Origin: Patescibacteria group bacterium
GTDB taxonomy: Bacteria; Patescibacteriota; Minisyncoccia; Phycocordibacterales; UBA5272
DNA: 64,000 nucleotides
Assembly (NCBI GenBank): GCA_030916895.1
Contig: JAUPVR010000002.1
Span: 173-64,172 of the forward strand
Reading direction: 5' to 3'
Each line of letters starts with the position of its first letter. Position 1 is the first letter of the stretch. This document shows positions 10,390 through 19,122 of the stretch, one piece after another. The translations under genes were made by a program, and so were the position numbers. The notes under the pieces are model-generated. The model did not search any database. It was not told the DNA's origin and saw nothing but the letters and a program-made list of their open reading frames with translations.

Positions 10390-12234
10390 TTAGTATGAAG
10401 AAAGCGTAACGCTAAATGTCGGAGTTGTAAATGTGGTCACCTTCTTACCGACCGGCTCAATAACATCGACAACAAAGGAACCTGTTCCTCCTGTTGCGGC
10501 GGTTGTTGAAACATTGGCATATGCACTTATAACAGTTGTTCCGTATGGAGAAAGATTTTTATCCTTACCAGCATTTACAAGTGCCTGCCCTGTCATGTCA
10601 TCTTTGAGAGTTGTCCCTGAAATTGTTGAGGTATTTTTGTAGAGGGAGAAATTAAACCTAACAGAGGAAAGTGTCAGTGACGTATTTGTTCCAAATGTCA
10701 CTGTACCTAATCGTGTCCCGGTTGCTCTTGGTTGAATGGCGGTGGTTTCCGTTCCGGATCGTGCAGAAATATTGAAACTGTGTACCGTCAAAAGGTACGG
10801 GTTACTTTCTCCAAAACCATTTTCAACAATAAGATCGTAATCCCCAGGGACTAGTTTTTCCTTACAATCATTCCCACATGAAAAAAAGGTGTTCCCAAGA
10901 CTTTTTGGTAAATCAATCGTTGTTCTGTTGTTTTTTGAGGGAAGTACACCGAGATTGTACTTCCTTCCACCGACGCGAGCTTTCAAATATACCGTGTTTG
11001 TTGTTGTTGAAAAATCAGTCCCTGTAACAAGAACTGACCATGTCGTATCACCATTTGCAAGAACAGCATACCTGTCAACTGCGGTAATTTTTGATGGCGC
11101 AATAGATGCCAATCGCTTCATCTCCGTAATTGCCGATGGCTCACCTTGAAAATTAATTGATGTTGAAGCACTTGTAAGTGTTGTTGTTTTATTACCAAAT
11201 GCGTCAAGAATCGAAACTGTAAATGATGTCATTGCTTGAACCGCTTTTACAGTTTCAACGTTAGCATATACACCAATATGCTTATACTCTCCTTCATAGA
11301 GCGCTGTACCTGCTCCAGAATTTGCTATCACTTGACCAGTTTTTTCATCTTTGAAGGTAATATTTGTTAGTCTTGTTGAAGAAGCACCGCCTTGGTCAAC
11401 ATTAAACTTAATAGTTGAAATCGTAAGGGGTGTGTTTGCTTTGAACGCAAAAACGCCGACACGTGTACCTGTTGCTGTGTAGGGAATTGCATTCTGCGAA
11501 ACAGAGCTTGTCGTAATTGTTGAATCCTTCACGACAATATATTCATTCGTTTGGCTTTCTCCTCCTTGTTCAGTTTCAACAACAACAAAATATTCACCCT
11601 CCTGAAGCCTTTGTCGGCAATTAAATTCACAAGGAAACGTTAATGTCCCTAAACTCTTTGGGAGTGTGATAGATTTTTTATCTACCGATGGAAATATTCC
11701 TATAGTGTAGCGTTTTGAGTAGTCACGTCTAATCAGATACACCGTATTGGTTGTTGTACTAAAATTACTCCCCTTAATAATAACCCCCCATCCTGTTTCT
11801 CCCCCCAAAATGACCGTTGCCTTATCAAGTGATGTAACAATCGGCGCAGGACCTGTTTTTACTGTTTGTGTTTTTGTAATTGTTGTCGTTGTTGCTTTGC
11901 TATTTGGAATCTGTGCTGTGGTGGTTGCAAGCGTTTCTCCTCCACTAGCACATGTTTCTTTTTTAATTGCCGCTCGCGTGAGAGTAAGTACCGCACCAGA
12001 ATTGGTAAGACCAACACTTTTCTGATAGGCCTGCACTGCTCTTAACGTAGCTGGACCAAAATAACCATTTGGTTTTGCGGTTAATAGTTTTTTCTCGAAA
12101 AGAAAATTTTGTAACGCTAAAACGTCTTTTGATTCTGTTCCTCGCTTTAAATTCACCTTCAAATCGGTACATGAAAAAGCAAATGTGGACGAAATACCCG
12201 AAAACAATAAACCTAGAATGATGAGGTTCTTCAT
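10390..12234 (-). CDS. secreted protein with N-terminal peptidoglycan-binding-like domain, Thr-rich linker and two tandem ~240-aa homologous modules
   Basis: Signal peptide; segment DVLALQNFLFEKKLLTAKPNGYFGPATLRAVQAYQKSVGL resembles the PG_binding_1 helical domain; both modules share TNTVYL…LPKSLG…C….C…ATGTR.G… (internal duplication). The ORF extends to 12252. Confidence 0.6.
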   Translation of the reverse strand: MKNLIILGLLFSGISSTFAFSCTDLKVNLKRGTESKDVLALQNFLFEKKLLTAKPNGYFGPATLRAVQAYQKSVGLTNSGAVLTLTRAAIKKETCASGGETLATTTAQIPNSKATTTTITKTQTVKTGPAPIVTSLDKATVILGGETGWGVIIKGSNFSTTTNTVYLIRRDYSKRYTIGIFPSVDKKSITLPKSLGTLTFPCEFNCRQRLQEGEYFVVVETEQGGESQTNEYIVVKDSTITTSSVSQNAIPYTATGTRVGVFAFKANTPLTISTIKFNVDQGGASSTRLTNITFKDEKTGQVIANSGAGTALYEGEYKHIGVYANVETVKAVQAMTSFTVSILDAFGNKTTTLTSASTSINFQGEPSAITEMKRLASIAPSKITAVDRYAVLANGDTTWSVLVTGTDFSTTTNTVYLKARVGGRKYNLGVLPSKNNRTTIDLPKSLGNTFFSCGNDCKEKLVPGDYDLIVENGFGESNPYLLTVHSFNISARSGTETTAIQPRATGTRLGTVTFGTNTSLTLSSVRFNFSLYKNTSTISGTTLKDDMTGQALVNAGKDKNLSPYGTTVISAYANVSTTAATGGTGSFVVDVIEPVGKKVTTFTTPTFSVTLSSY

Positions 12235-12299
12235 ATACAGTAAGTGTAGCATGCAAAAAATAAGCGCAACTAAATGTTGTGCTTATTTTTTGCAGAACG

Positions 12300-13238
12300 T
12301 CATTCCTCTTTCCTAATTAAAAGTTTTGCAATGTCTTCGTGGTTACTTCCTTGAAATAAGGAAAGGTTCTCAGCAACAAAATGCCCTTCCCTTCTTCCAA
12401 TTAATAGTTTTGCGATATCTTCGTGATTAACCCCTTGAAATAACGAAAGGTTTTTAGCGACAGAGTATCCTTTTCCTTTCTCGATTAATACTTTTGCGAT
12501 GTCTTCGTGGTTGAGCCCTTGGAATGAGGGGAGATTTTCGGCAACGACTTCTCCTTCCCCCCTTTCTATTAAAAGTTTTGCGATGTCTTCGTGGTTGAGC
12601 CCTTGGAATAACGAAAGGTGTTCGGCAACAAACTTCCCCTTACCTTTCTCGATTAATACTTTTGCGATTTCTTCGTGGTTGAGCCCTTGGAATGAGGGGA
12701 GGTACTTAGCAACGACTTCTCCCTGCCCTCCCTCAATTAAGAGTTTTATAATCTCTTCACGGTTAAGACCTTGGAACGAGGATAGGTTTTCAGCAACAGC
12801 ATATCCTTTTCCTTTCTCGATGATAATTTTTGCGATTTCTTCGTGGTTAAGACCTTGGAACGAGGATAGGTTTTCAGCAACGAAGTGGCCTTTCCCTCTA
12901 TCAATTAAGAGCTTTGCCATTTCTTCGGAAAGATCACGAAACAAAGAAAGATTATTAGCAACGACTTCTCCTTCCCCCCTTTCTATTAAAAGTTTTGCGA
13001 TGTCTTCGTGATTAACCCCTTGAAAGACTGAGAGGTTCTCTGCAACGGTATATCCTTGTCCATTCTCAATTAAATGGAGGGCATCTTCCTTATTTTTCGG
13101 CACCCCAGATAAAGGAGAGCCATCTGTAGGGAGAGTGTTATTTTCCTTTGTTGCTTTCTTGTGATTCAAAAATCGTGTAATAAAAAACACAAGAGAAACA
13201 GCTGTAACGGAAAGTAAAATACTTAAAAGTGTATCCAT
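12300..13238 (-). CDS. membrane-anchored protein composed of about nine tandem 27-aa repeats (consensus LIEKGKG..VAENLSSFQGLNHEDIAKL)
   Basis: N-terminal TM helix; 81-bp DNA periodicity in frame; antisense ORF 12499..13011 is the mirror frame of the same repeats. Confidence 0.6.
   Translation of the reverse strand: MDTLLSILLSVTAVSLVFFITRFLNHKKATKENNTLPTDGSPLSGVPKNKEDALHLIENGQGYTVAENLSVFQGVNHEDIAKLLIERGEGEVVANNLSLFRDLSEEMAKLLIDRGKGHFVAENLSSFQGLNHEEIAKIIIEKGKGYAVAENLSSFQGLNREEIIKLLIEGGQGEVVAKYLPSFQGLNHEEIAKVLIEKGKGKFVAEHLSLFQGLNHEDIAKLLIERGEGEVVAENLPSFQGLNHEDIAKVLIEKGKGYSVAKNLSLFQGVNHEDIAKLLIGRREGHFVAENLSLFQGSNHEDIAKLLIRKEE
12325..13110 (-). repeat. 81-bp in-frame tandem repeat array (coding), two alternating subtypes
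   Basis: Recurring ttttgcgatgtcttcgtggttgagcccttggaa… units with variable remainder; protein-level alternation of GEGEVVA and GKG(Y/H)(A/F)VA subtypes. Confidence 0.7.
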
Positions 13239-13286
13239 GCTGATATGTAGAGTGTACCACTAAAAAGAGTGGTTTATTAAATAAAA

Positions 13287-13322
13287 AATAGGGCGACGCC
13301 GTAGGCGTCGCCCTATTTTTTA
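13287..13322. terminator. GC-rich hairpin tagggcgacgcc-gtag-ggcgtcgcccta plus T-run, downstream of fusA
   Basis: 12-bp stem flanked by A-run and T-run (bidirectional); sits between the fusA stop and the start of the repeat-protein gene. Confidence 0.6.
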
Positions 13323-13344
13323 CTTTTCATCTACCCCCTATCTT

Positions 13345-15489
13345 CTACTTTTTATTCTCTGCAATTTCCTTTGCAATGTTTGTTGGAACCACATCATAGC
13401 GTCCGAATTCCATCGTAAATGTTGCGCGGCCTTCTGTCATTGAGCGAAGATTGGTTGCATACCCGAACATTTCTGAAAGTGGAACCATCGCCTTAATCAC
13501 CTTGTCCTGTCCACGTTCATCCATACCTTCAATTTGTCCGCGCTTTGATGATAGGTTACCTGTGATATCGCCATAGAATTTATCTGGCGTAACCACTTCA
13601 ATCTTCATGATTGGCTCGAGAATAACTGGCTTTGCTTTAGAAACAGCATCGGCGAGAGCCATGCCTGCAGCCAACTTGAAAGCAATTTCTGAAGAGTCCA
13701 CTTCATGGAATGACCCATCGTATGCTTCACAAGAAATGTCTACCATCTTAAATCCAGCAAGAGCTCCTCTGTCCATCGATTCACGAAGACCCTTTTCAAC
13801 TGCAGGGATATATTCCTGAGGAATTGCACCACCCTTAATTGAGTTTATAAATTCAAATCCATCCGATCGCTTAACGTTCTTTGGAAGATCTTCTGCTTTA
13901 ACCGAATAGTCCATCGGTTTAATATTGATTTTCACGTGACCATACTGACCGCGACCACCTGATTGCTTGATGTATTTTCCTTCACCGGATGCAGAGCCAA
14001 GAATGGTTTCTTTGTATGCTACTTGTGGCTTACCAGTGTTTGCTTCAACACCGAATTCACGCTTCATACGGTCAACAATAATTTCCAAGTGAAGCTCACC
14101 CATACCTGAAATGATGGTTTCAAGTGTTTCTGGGTCTGATGATACACGGAATGTTGGGTCTTCCGTTGCAAGACGTGAAAGTGCCATACCCATTTTTTCC
14201 TGGTCGGCTTTTGTCTTTGGTTCAACACGCATCGAAATCACCGATTCAGGGATAACAATTCTTTCAAGAACCACCTGATGATCTTCGTCACAAATGGTAT
14301 CTGAAGTGACTGTGTCTTTAAGACCAACGGCGGCTGCAATTTCTCCAGCGTAGACCGTCTTCACTTCTTCACGGTCATTTGCATGCATACGCAAGATTCG
14401 TCCAACGCGCTCTTTCTTTTGCTTTGTTGCGTTAAAAATATATGAACCTGATTCAAGCGTACCTGAGTACACGCGAATAAAGGTAAGCTGTCCTACGAAT
14501 GGATCTGACTGGAGTTTAAATGCAAGCGCTGAAAGTGGCGCTGTGTCTGAAACTTCAACTTCCATTGGTTCACCTGTGTGTGGGTCAATTCCTTTTGGTG
14601 CAGGAATATCAAGCGGAGATGGAAGGTAGTCGATAACAGCATCAAGAACAAGTTGAACACCACGATTCTTAAGTGATGAACCACAAAATACTGGGAAAAG
14701 TTGATTATTGATGGTTGCTTTACGAATAGTTGCCTTGAGTTCTTCAACAGTAAATTCTTTTCCTTCAAGATACTGTGTCATCATGGCTTCGTCAGTTTCA
14801 ACAATTTTTTCAATCATTTCTGCACGGCGCTTCTTTGCTTCTTCTAGGTGTTCTGGTAGTACATCAACGAAACCAACATCCTTTCCTTTGTCCCCCGTAA
14901 ACTTAACTTCCTGCATGGTAAGGAGGTCAATGATACCGTCAAAATTTTCTTCAGCCCCAAGTGGCATTTGCATACGCACCGCTTTCTTTGAAAGGCGATC
15001 GAGAATTGAATTAAATGACTTGTCAAAGTTTGCACCCATACGGTCAAGCTTATTGATGTAGCAAATACGAGGAACATTACCATCGTTTGCATAACGCCAG
15101 TTCGTTTCAGACTGAGGCTCTACGCCAGCAACACCGTCAAACACCACGACAGCACCGTCAAGTACGCGAAGTGAACGCTTCACTTCAATCGTGAAATCAA
15201 TGTGACCTGGTGTGTCGATGATGTTGAAGCGGCATTTCTTTGAAACATCAGTCTTTGGCATGTACGTCGGATTCCAAAATGCTGTTGTCGCAGCGGAAGT
15301 AATCGTAATACCACGCTCACGCTCCTGTTCCATCCAGTCCATGACAGTTTCGCCTTCGTGTACTTCACCAATTTTGTGAGAAACACCGGTATAGAAAAGA
15401 ATACGTTCTGTCGTTGTTGTCTTACCTGCGTCGATGTGGGCAATAACCCCAAAGTTACGCGTTTTATTGAGAGGATAGTCTCTGGCCAT
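13345..15489 (-). CDS. fusA: elongation factor G
   Basis: [22 protein letters not shown]; 714 aa full-length EF-G. Confidence 0.95.
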   Translation of the reverse strand: MARDYPLNKTRNFGVIAHIDAGKTTTTERILFYTGVSHKIGEVHEGETVMDWMEQERERGITITSAATTAFWNPTYMPKTDVSKKCRFNIIDTPGHIDFTIEVKRSLRVLDGAVVVFDGVAGVEPQSETNWRYANDGNVPRICYINKLDRMGANFDKSFNSILDRLSKKAVRMQMPLGAEENFDGIIDLLTMQEVKFTGDKGKDVGFVDVLPEHLEEAKKRRAEMIEKIVETDEAMMTQYLEGKEFTVEELKATIRKATINNQLFPVFCGSSLKNRGVQLVLDAVIDYLPSPLDIPAPKGIDPHTGEPMEVEVSDTAPLSALAFKLQSDPFVGQLTFIRVYSGTLESGSYIFNATKQKKERVGRILRMHANDREEVKTVYAGEIAAAVGLKDTVTSDTICDEDHQVVLERIVIPESVISMRVEPKTKADQEKMGMALSRLATEDPTFRVSSDPETLETIISGMGELHLEIIVDRMKREFGVEANTGKPQVAYKETILGSASGEGKYIKQSGGRGQYGHVKINIKPMDYSVKAEDLPKNVKRSDGFEFINSIKGGAIPQEYIPAVEKGLRESMDRGALAGFKMVDISCEAYDGSFHEVDSSEIAFKLAAGMALADAVSKAKPVILEPIMKIEVVTPDKFYGDITGNLSSKRGQIEGMDERGQDKVIKAMVPLSEMFGYATNLRSMTEGRATFTMEFGRYDVVPTNIAKEIAENKK

Positions 15490-15626
15490 GTTGATAGATG
15501 TTATAGAGTAATAAAGAAATAAAAAAGCCGCTTAGGCAATAGCGGTATGCTACCACAAAAGCGGTCTTTCGGCAATGCGCCTCTATTTTAATTTGGGGTC
15601 AATTCCATGCTGTCTCTTGAGCTCTT

Positions 15627-16103
15627 TTAGCTTTCGCCAAGACCCCTTCGATTAATATCTTTCCTAATCGCCCACTCCAAGAATTCCTGAACCAGGGGGA
15701 GATTTTTATTAAGTGACGGTGACCCCATAGCGTGTTCCCAGTGTGATATCGTATTGATATCAACCTGACAGTACAAAGCGAAAGCTTGTAGTGTCAGACC
15801 TTTCTCTTTACGAAATTCCTTAAGAAGAGCAGGAACACCGGGCGCAAAAATGGTTTCATGTACATCTTCTACATCTGAGTACAAAATCGCAAGCAACAAC
15901 CTTCCATGCTTTCCAACACATGGTCCACCGCAATGACTCTCACGCATCCAACTACGAAACGTGTCAGGATGAATGCCGTATTTTGTAGCGAGGTCTTTTT
16001 TCTTCATCCTTTTTTCGTGCTTCTGTTTTTTGCAGTAGTTGCGCAACAGAATACGGGACTGCTCCTGGTAACTCACACACCCTTCGTTGTTTGAAGCCAC
16101 CAT
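15627..16103 (-). CDS. double-HTH (XRE-like) DNA-binding protein, paralog B, GC-rich
   Basis: Motifs KYGIHPDTFRSWMRE and LTLQAFALYCQVDINTISHWEHAMGSP are paralogous to the upstream gene. Start chosen at MVASNN (SD aaaggaga); the ORF extends to 16208 (GTG). Confidence 0.5.
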   Translation of the reverse strand: MVASNNEGCVSYQEQSRILLRNYCKKQKHEKRMKKKDLATKYGIHPDTFRSWMRESHCGGPCVGKHGRLLLAILYSDVEDVHETIFAPGVPALLKEFRKEKGLTLQAFALYCQVDINTISHWEHAMGSPSLNKNLPLVQEFLEWAIRKDINRRGLGES

Positions 16104-16189
16104 GTTCTCCTTTAAAAGGCCAAGTTCATCATGTATCCTGCGTTCTTTACTAAAAAAAGTCAACAAAAATCTCGCGCTTCGCGCGAGAT

Positions 16190-16753
16190 TCAAGAATTTA
16201 GGACACACTCTTTAAAATCCTCTTTATTTTGGTGAGACTGTTTTTGTTGTTTACACCTCATTCTTGCTTGCCTTCTTTCATACCGAGCAACCGCGAAACG
16301 TAGTATCTGCTTAACAAGCACAAAGTGCATGTTAAGTGCCGGAGAAAACGGATTGCCTGGTTTTTCCCAGCGACTAATGGAATACCTATCCAGTCCGTAC
16401 TGCTTAGCAAATGCGGTCTTGGAGAGATTTATGTGTTTGCGATAGGCTTTAATGATGCTTGCCGGCGACATCCAAAAAATCTCATGCGCCTTTTCTTCGT
16501 AGTGCGGATAGAACATGGCGATCAGGAGCTTGTAATGCTTCTTGAGTATTGGACCACCACGACAGCCCCTGCTTGCCCACATGCGAAACCGGACACGATT
16601 GATTCCGTACTTGTCGGCAACTTGATACTGCCTCAAGCCGGTTTTTCGCCAGAATACCCCAAGAGCGCGCACCGACGCTTCTCTGGACATTTTCCGGTAA
16701 TCCGCTATTGCCATCCTTTCACCCTGGAAAACAAACTCTTCATCTTTCTTCAT
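16190..16753 (-). CDS. double-HTH (XRE-like) DNA-binding protein, paralog A, GC-rich
   Basis: Two HTH-type segments (QVADKYGINRVRFRMW…; LSKTAFAKQYGLDRYSISRWEKPGNP); strong SD aaggagga. Lies between rpsG and fusA. Confidence 0.55.
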   Translation of the reverse strand: MKKDEEFVFQGERMAIADYRKMSREASVRALGVFWRKTGLRQYQVADKYGINRVRFRMWASRGCRGGPILKKHYKLLIAMFYPHYEEKAHEIFWMSPASIIKAYRKHINLSKTAFAKQYGLDRYSISRWEKPGNPFSPALNMHFVLVKQILRFAVARYERRQARMRCKQQKQSHQNKEDFKECVLNS

Positions 16754-17164
16754 GGAAGATCCTCCTTACTGTGTACTAGTCAAGGCAAATCCTCTACTTT
16801 TTACATCAAAATGTCAAACAAAAAACCGAAGCAACTTAGCCTCGGTATAGCCTTAAGGTAAAACCGCACTTAAAGAAGCGACTTTCCTTGCTTTAAGCTG
16901 GCTATGAGTGGGTTAAAGGGCATTGACTTCTTATTGTCCCTCACAATCTTGTTGTTCTGTGGCACCCCGTCGTCTATCAGGACACCGAAAGACAGTGTTC
17001 ATCGCCCTGTGGTGGTTTAAAAACTTTTTTACAACAGTTATGTCGGTGGTTGGCCGTAATCTAAGACTTCCCTTCTTCGTCTTCTGGCAACAGGGAGTAT
17101 CCATGCCGAATCCAAAGGATGTACGAAGGTACGTACGCCACCCAACTCTTACTATACCAAATAC

Positions 17165-17209
17165 AAACCAAAACAAAAACCACCTAAAAGGTGGTTTTTG
17201 TTTTGGTTT
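17165..17209. terminator. 20-bp perfect hairpin aaaccaaaacaaaaaccacc-taaaa-ggtggtttttgttttggttt
   Basis: Read directly; downstream of rpsG on the minus strand and before the GC-rich island. T-rich and A-rich flanks suggest a bidirectional terminator. Confidence 0.5.
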
Positions 17210-17322
17210 CAACATTTTCTGAAAATTACCAGGTAAAGTGAGCGCCCGTGCACAAATTAAAGAATTCGTGCAGGATGCTCCATTTTACAGTTGGAATTCC
17301 TTCGTTGCTTCGCAACTCTTAA

Positions 17323-17793
17323 TTACCAAGTAAAATGGGCAAATGCTTTATTGGCTTCTGCCATTCTGTGAGTATCTTCCTTCTTCTTCACAGCAGAACC
17401 TTCATTGTTTGCGGCTGCGATTAACTCCTCTGCAAGCTTAATGTGCATTGGCTTTCCTTTCTTAGCTTTAGCTGCAGCAATAATCCATCGAAACGCAAGC
17501 ATGAAGCGACGTTCTGGACGAACCTCACGAGGAACTTGGTAGTTTGCTCCACCAATACGACGTGAACGAACTTCCGTAAGTGGGCCAGCGTTTGTAAGTG
17601 CTGCATTAAAGATTTCAAGTGGATCTTCAATTTTTTGCTTTTCCTTGATGAAATCAAAAGCTCCATACACGATGTCACGTGCAGTATTTTTCTTACCACG
17701 TTCCATAACATAGTTGATAAACTTTCCAACCTTATCCGAATCAAAGCGAGCATCTGGACCCACGATATTTCGATTTTTAACTTTTCTTCGCAT
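17323..17793 (-). CDS. rpsG: 30S ribosomal protein S7
   Basis: …[10 protein letters not shown]…AEELI.AANN.G.AVKKKED.HRMAEAN.AFAH… S7 signature. Confidence 0.95.
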   Translation of the reverse strand: MRRKVKNRNIVGPDARFDSDKVGKFINYVMERGKKNTARDIVYGAFDFIKEKQKIEDPLEIFNAALTNAGPLTEVRSRRIGGANYQVPREVRPERRFMLAFRWIIAAAKAKKGKPMHIKLAEELIAAANNEGSAVKKKEDTHRMAEANKAFAHFTW

Positions 17794-17836
17794 AGTATAT
17801 TTTTAAAGAGCGCAAGCGACTATAAAAATAACGTGT

Positions 17837-17878
17837 CCTTAATTTATTTTCCCTGGAAGACAGGAAAATAAATTAAGG
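17837..17878. promoter_or_regulatory. 16-bp perfect AT-rich hairpin in the rpsL-rpsG intercistronic region (possible S7 translational operator or attenuator)
   Basis: ccttaatttattttcc-ctggaagaca-ggaaaataaattaagg; preceded on the minus strand by a 16-codon mini-ORF (MELIEKRVAGDKIYNP). Confidence 0.35.
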
Positions 17879-18032
17879 GTTGTATATTTTGTCTCCCGCA
17901 ACCCTCTTTTCAATTAGTTCCATCTTGGTCTTTCCCGTAAGTCGGCGGTACTCCAAAATGTGTTTATTCCAGTAATGACTTAAATACTCTAAACGAGTTT
18001 CACTATACTACAATAAAAAAAAGGAAATAGCA

Positions 18033-18058
18033 AAAAGCAGTCTTTCGACTGCTTTTTG
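18033..18058 (-). terminator. hairpin aaaaagcagtc-tttc-gactgcttttt immediately after the rpsL stop
   Basis: 11-bp stem plus T-run on the minus strand. Confidence 0.45.
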
Positions 18059-18059
18059 T

Positions 18060-18494
18060 TTACTTCTTTTTCGCAACTGCTCCTGCTTTTGGCTTCTTTG
18101 CTCCATAGAGTGATCGTCCTTGGAAACGCTTATCAACCGGAGTAGCGTCAAGACGGCCACGAACAATGTGATAACGTACACCTGCCAAGTCTTTTACACG
18201 ACCACCTCGGATGATAACAACGGAGTGTTCCTGAAGCTTGTGTCCGATACCTGGAATGTATGCTGTTACTTCCATGCCGTTTGTAAGACGAACACGAGCA
18301 ATCTTTCGAAGCGCTGAGTTTGGCTTCTTTGGAGTTGTTGTTGTTACCTTCGTACAGACACCACGCTTAAATGGTGAAGCGTAGAAATTAGGGCGATTCT
18401 GAATTGTATTAAAACCTCGACCCATAGCAATAGAGCGTGATTTGCGGGTCACTTTTGCACGAGACTTTTTAACGAGTTGATTTATTGTTGGCAT
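18060..18494 (-). CDS. rpsL: 30S ribosomal protein S12 with Lys-rich C-terminal tail
   Basis: MPTINQLV…[10 protein letters not shown]…[14 protein letters not shown]… S12 signature. Confidence 0.95.
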   Translation of the reverse strand: MPTINQLVKKSRAKVTRKSRSIAMGRGFNTIQNRPNFYASPFKRGVCTKVTTTTPKKPNSALRKIARVRLTNGMEVTAYIPGIGHKLQEHSVVIIRGGRVKDLAGVRYHIVRGRLDATPVDKRFQGRSLYGAKKPKAGAVAKKK

Positions 18495-18559
18495 ACGTAA
18501 ATTACGTGGTGCAAACTATACCAGATATAGAACACAAAAGCAAGCAAACACTCGCCTTA

Positions 18560-19057
18560 CTAGCGATCAGATCTTTTCACCCCAACAATTGCGTCATTTC
18601 GAAGGTCGTAAATAATGGCGACATCCTGGTAAACAACAATATAGTCCCCTTCTTTAACAGTACTATAGAAATCATTCTGTTTTTGTAGTTTTTCCGCATC
18701 TTCAACACGAACAACTGCCTGGGGATCGTTTACCGGTAAAGAAGCAAGCTCTGTAACTCTTTTTACAATTTCCGATTTGGAAACAATCACATCTTCAGCA
18801 ACCGAATCTCCAACAAGGGCATATGTCCCATAAGAAAATGAAGAAACAAGAAGGAGGAAGAGGAATGTTTTTACGGTGATCTGAAAACTTCGAGAAAGGA
18901 GTACTGACTTTATAAATTTTTTTGTCTTATTTTTTTTTGTTCTAGAACTTGAAGAGGTATTTTTGATTGCATGTGCACGTAAAGTATTTGTACTTTTAAA
19001 AGGACTTCTTCCGGTTGTTTTTGTCTTTATTCTTATTGTCCTTGTACTAGATTTCAT
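18560..19057 (-). CDS. hypothetical membrane-anchored protein
   Basis: Basic, Ser/Thr-rich N-terminus followed by a TM segment and a 90-aa domain; no identifiable motif. Confidence 0.4.
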   Translation of the reverse strand: MKSSTRTIRIKTKTTGRSPFKSTNTLRAHAIKNTSSSSRTKKNKTKKFIKSVLLSRSFQITVKTFLFLLLVSSFSYGTYALVGDSVAEDVIVSKSEIVKRVTELASLPVNDPQAVVRVEDAEKLQKQNDFYSTVKEGDYIVVYQDVAIIYDLRNDAIVGVKRSDR

Positions 19058-19122
19058 CGTACTATCCAGTATAAGACAAATACTAAAAATTAAAAGACAT
19101 CAATAGTACAAAAAGTGGATAA

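Noticed and set aside
12499-13011. 170-aa plus-strand ORF (MSSWLSPWNEGRFSATTSP… repeats)
   Set aside because: Mirror frame of the 27-aa repeat gene; repeats on the antisense strand stay open by symmetry.
12325-13110. Possible CRISPR array (regular 81-bp periodic repeats with a conserved about 33-bp core)
   Set aside because: Continuous in-frame coding sequence of a 27-aa protein repeat with a TM-anchored N-terminus. The variable parts are codon-level variants, not unique spacers, and no cas genes are present.
14493-15092. Several 80-120-aa ORFs inside fusA (both strands); similar short ORFs nested inside tuf, rplB, recJ, nrdJ, etc.
   Set aside because: Fully nested within strongly supported conserved genes; no independent start signals.
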